A stretch of 64,000 nucleotides of DNA from Vicinamibacterales bacterium (GTDB taxonomy: Bacteria; Acidobacteriota; Vicinamibacteria; Vicinamibacterales; 2-12-FULL-66-21): positions 14,687 through 78,686 of the forward strand of contig DATFFM010000184.1 in NCBI GenBank assembly GCA_035250005.1. The letters run 5' to 3'. This document shows positions 63,767 through 64,000 of this stretch, piece after piece. Below the pieces are notes generated by a model. It saw only the letters and a list, made by a program, of their open reading frames with translations, did not search any database and was not told the origin of the DNA. The stretch's first letter is position 1. Each line of letters starts with the position of its first letter. A program made the translations under genes and the position numbers.

Positions 63767-64000
63767 CGCTGTGCGCAGACGCCTGGCGGGAAACGGGAAA
63801 GGGAGAGACGGGCCGCGCGACCTCCGGCCCGCGGATCAGTCGAGGCCGCGGCGTCACCCGCTCGAGCCCTTCGAGGATGTCGGATGCCCACACGAACACG
63901 TCGTGTCCCGCGACAATGCGGCGCATCGCGCGCATGCGCCGCCGCCGCTCGTCGGCCGGCATGCCGATCGCCTGGTCGATCGCGGAGGCGAAGCCGTCGA
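63753..64000 (-). CDS. otsA: trehalose-6-phosphate synthase, C-terminal fragment (5' end beyond the window)
   Basis: The frame is open to the window edge. The tail ...AIDQAIGMPADERRRRMRAMRRIVAGHDVFVWASDIL matches the OtsA C-terminal pattern. It overlaps the otsB start. Confidence 0.7.
   Translation of the reverse strand, partial: DGFASAIDQAIGMPADERRRRMRAMRRIVAGHDVFVWASDILEGLERVTPRPRLIRGPEVARPVSPFPVSRQASAHSDARY

Overview
This is a visibly GC-rich, gene-dense bacterial chromosomal segment of about 70 genes, with no rRNA, CRISPR array, integrase or transposase. The gene content points to Acidobacteria, but that is an inference. It rests on a MacB/FtsX-type duplicated orphan permease, paired acidobacterial-type VWA proteins and CarboxypepD_reg-type TonB-like barrels. 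All calls come from reading the supplied ORF translations and the DNA by eye; no database search was run.

Housekeeping and accessory content:
- Carbohydrate and central functions: glgB, galK, otsB with a partial otsA, nadA, moaB/moeA, Fe/Mn SOD, tadA, a cold-shock protein, an ABC-F ATPase, mug, a GH3 hydrolase and an M2 (ACE-like) peptidase.
- Futalosine-pathway menaquinone genes.
- A cobalamin-riboswitch-controlled btuB/D/C/F-like uptake operon.
- tRNA-Ser(CGA) and tRNA-Arg(ACG).

Findings I rank highest:
1. A two-gene operon at 10237-15044. It encodes a protein of about 960 aa with no signal peptide that fuses a T7-lysozyme/PGRP-type amidase, a GHSAG serine hydrolase and a metacaspase. It is tightly coupled to a thermolysin-like protease that also lacks a signal peptide. 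This is a candidate undescribed conflict, cell-death or toxin module.
2. A peroxiredoxin-like gene at 47428-47910 whose redox-active Cys codon (first position of the conserved WCPxC motif) is an in-frame TGA followed by a hairpin. It is a likely selenoprotein that the ORF track splits.
3. A family of nested palindromic elements with conserved TTGGGGTCAGA termini. One copy is inserted in frame (75 nt, 25 codons) in an MFS transporter gene, and another donates the last codons and the stop codon of nadA.
4. A wider class of long intergenic hairpins whose arms are built from heptanucleotide repeats, including a (CCCTAAT)n array. They typically fill the gap between convergent genes exactly and sometimes supply the stop codon.
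5. A tandem pair of roughly 195-bp hairpin-containing units at 6224-6617.

Many long ORFs in the track are antisense or alternate-frame artefacts of the high GC content and were rejected.
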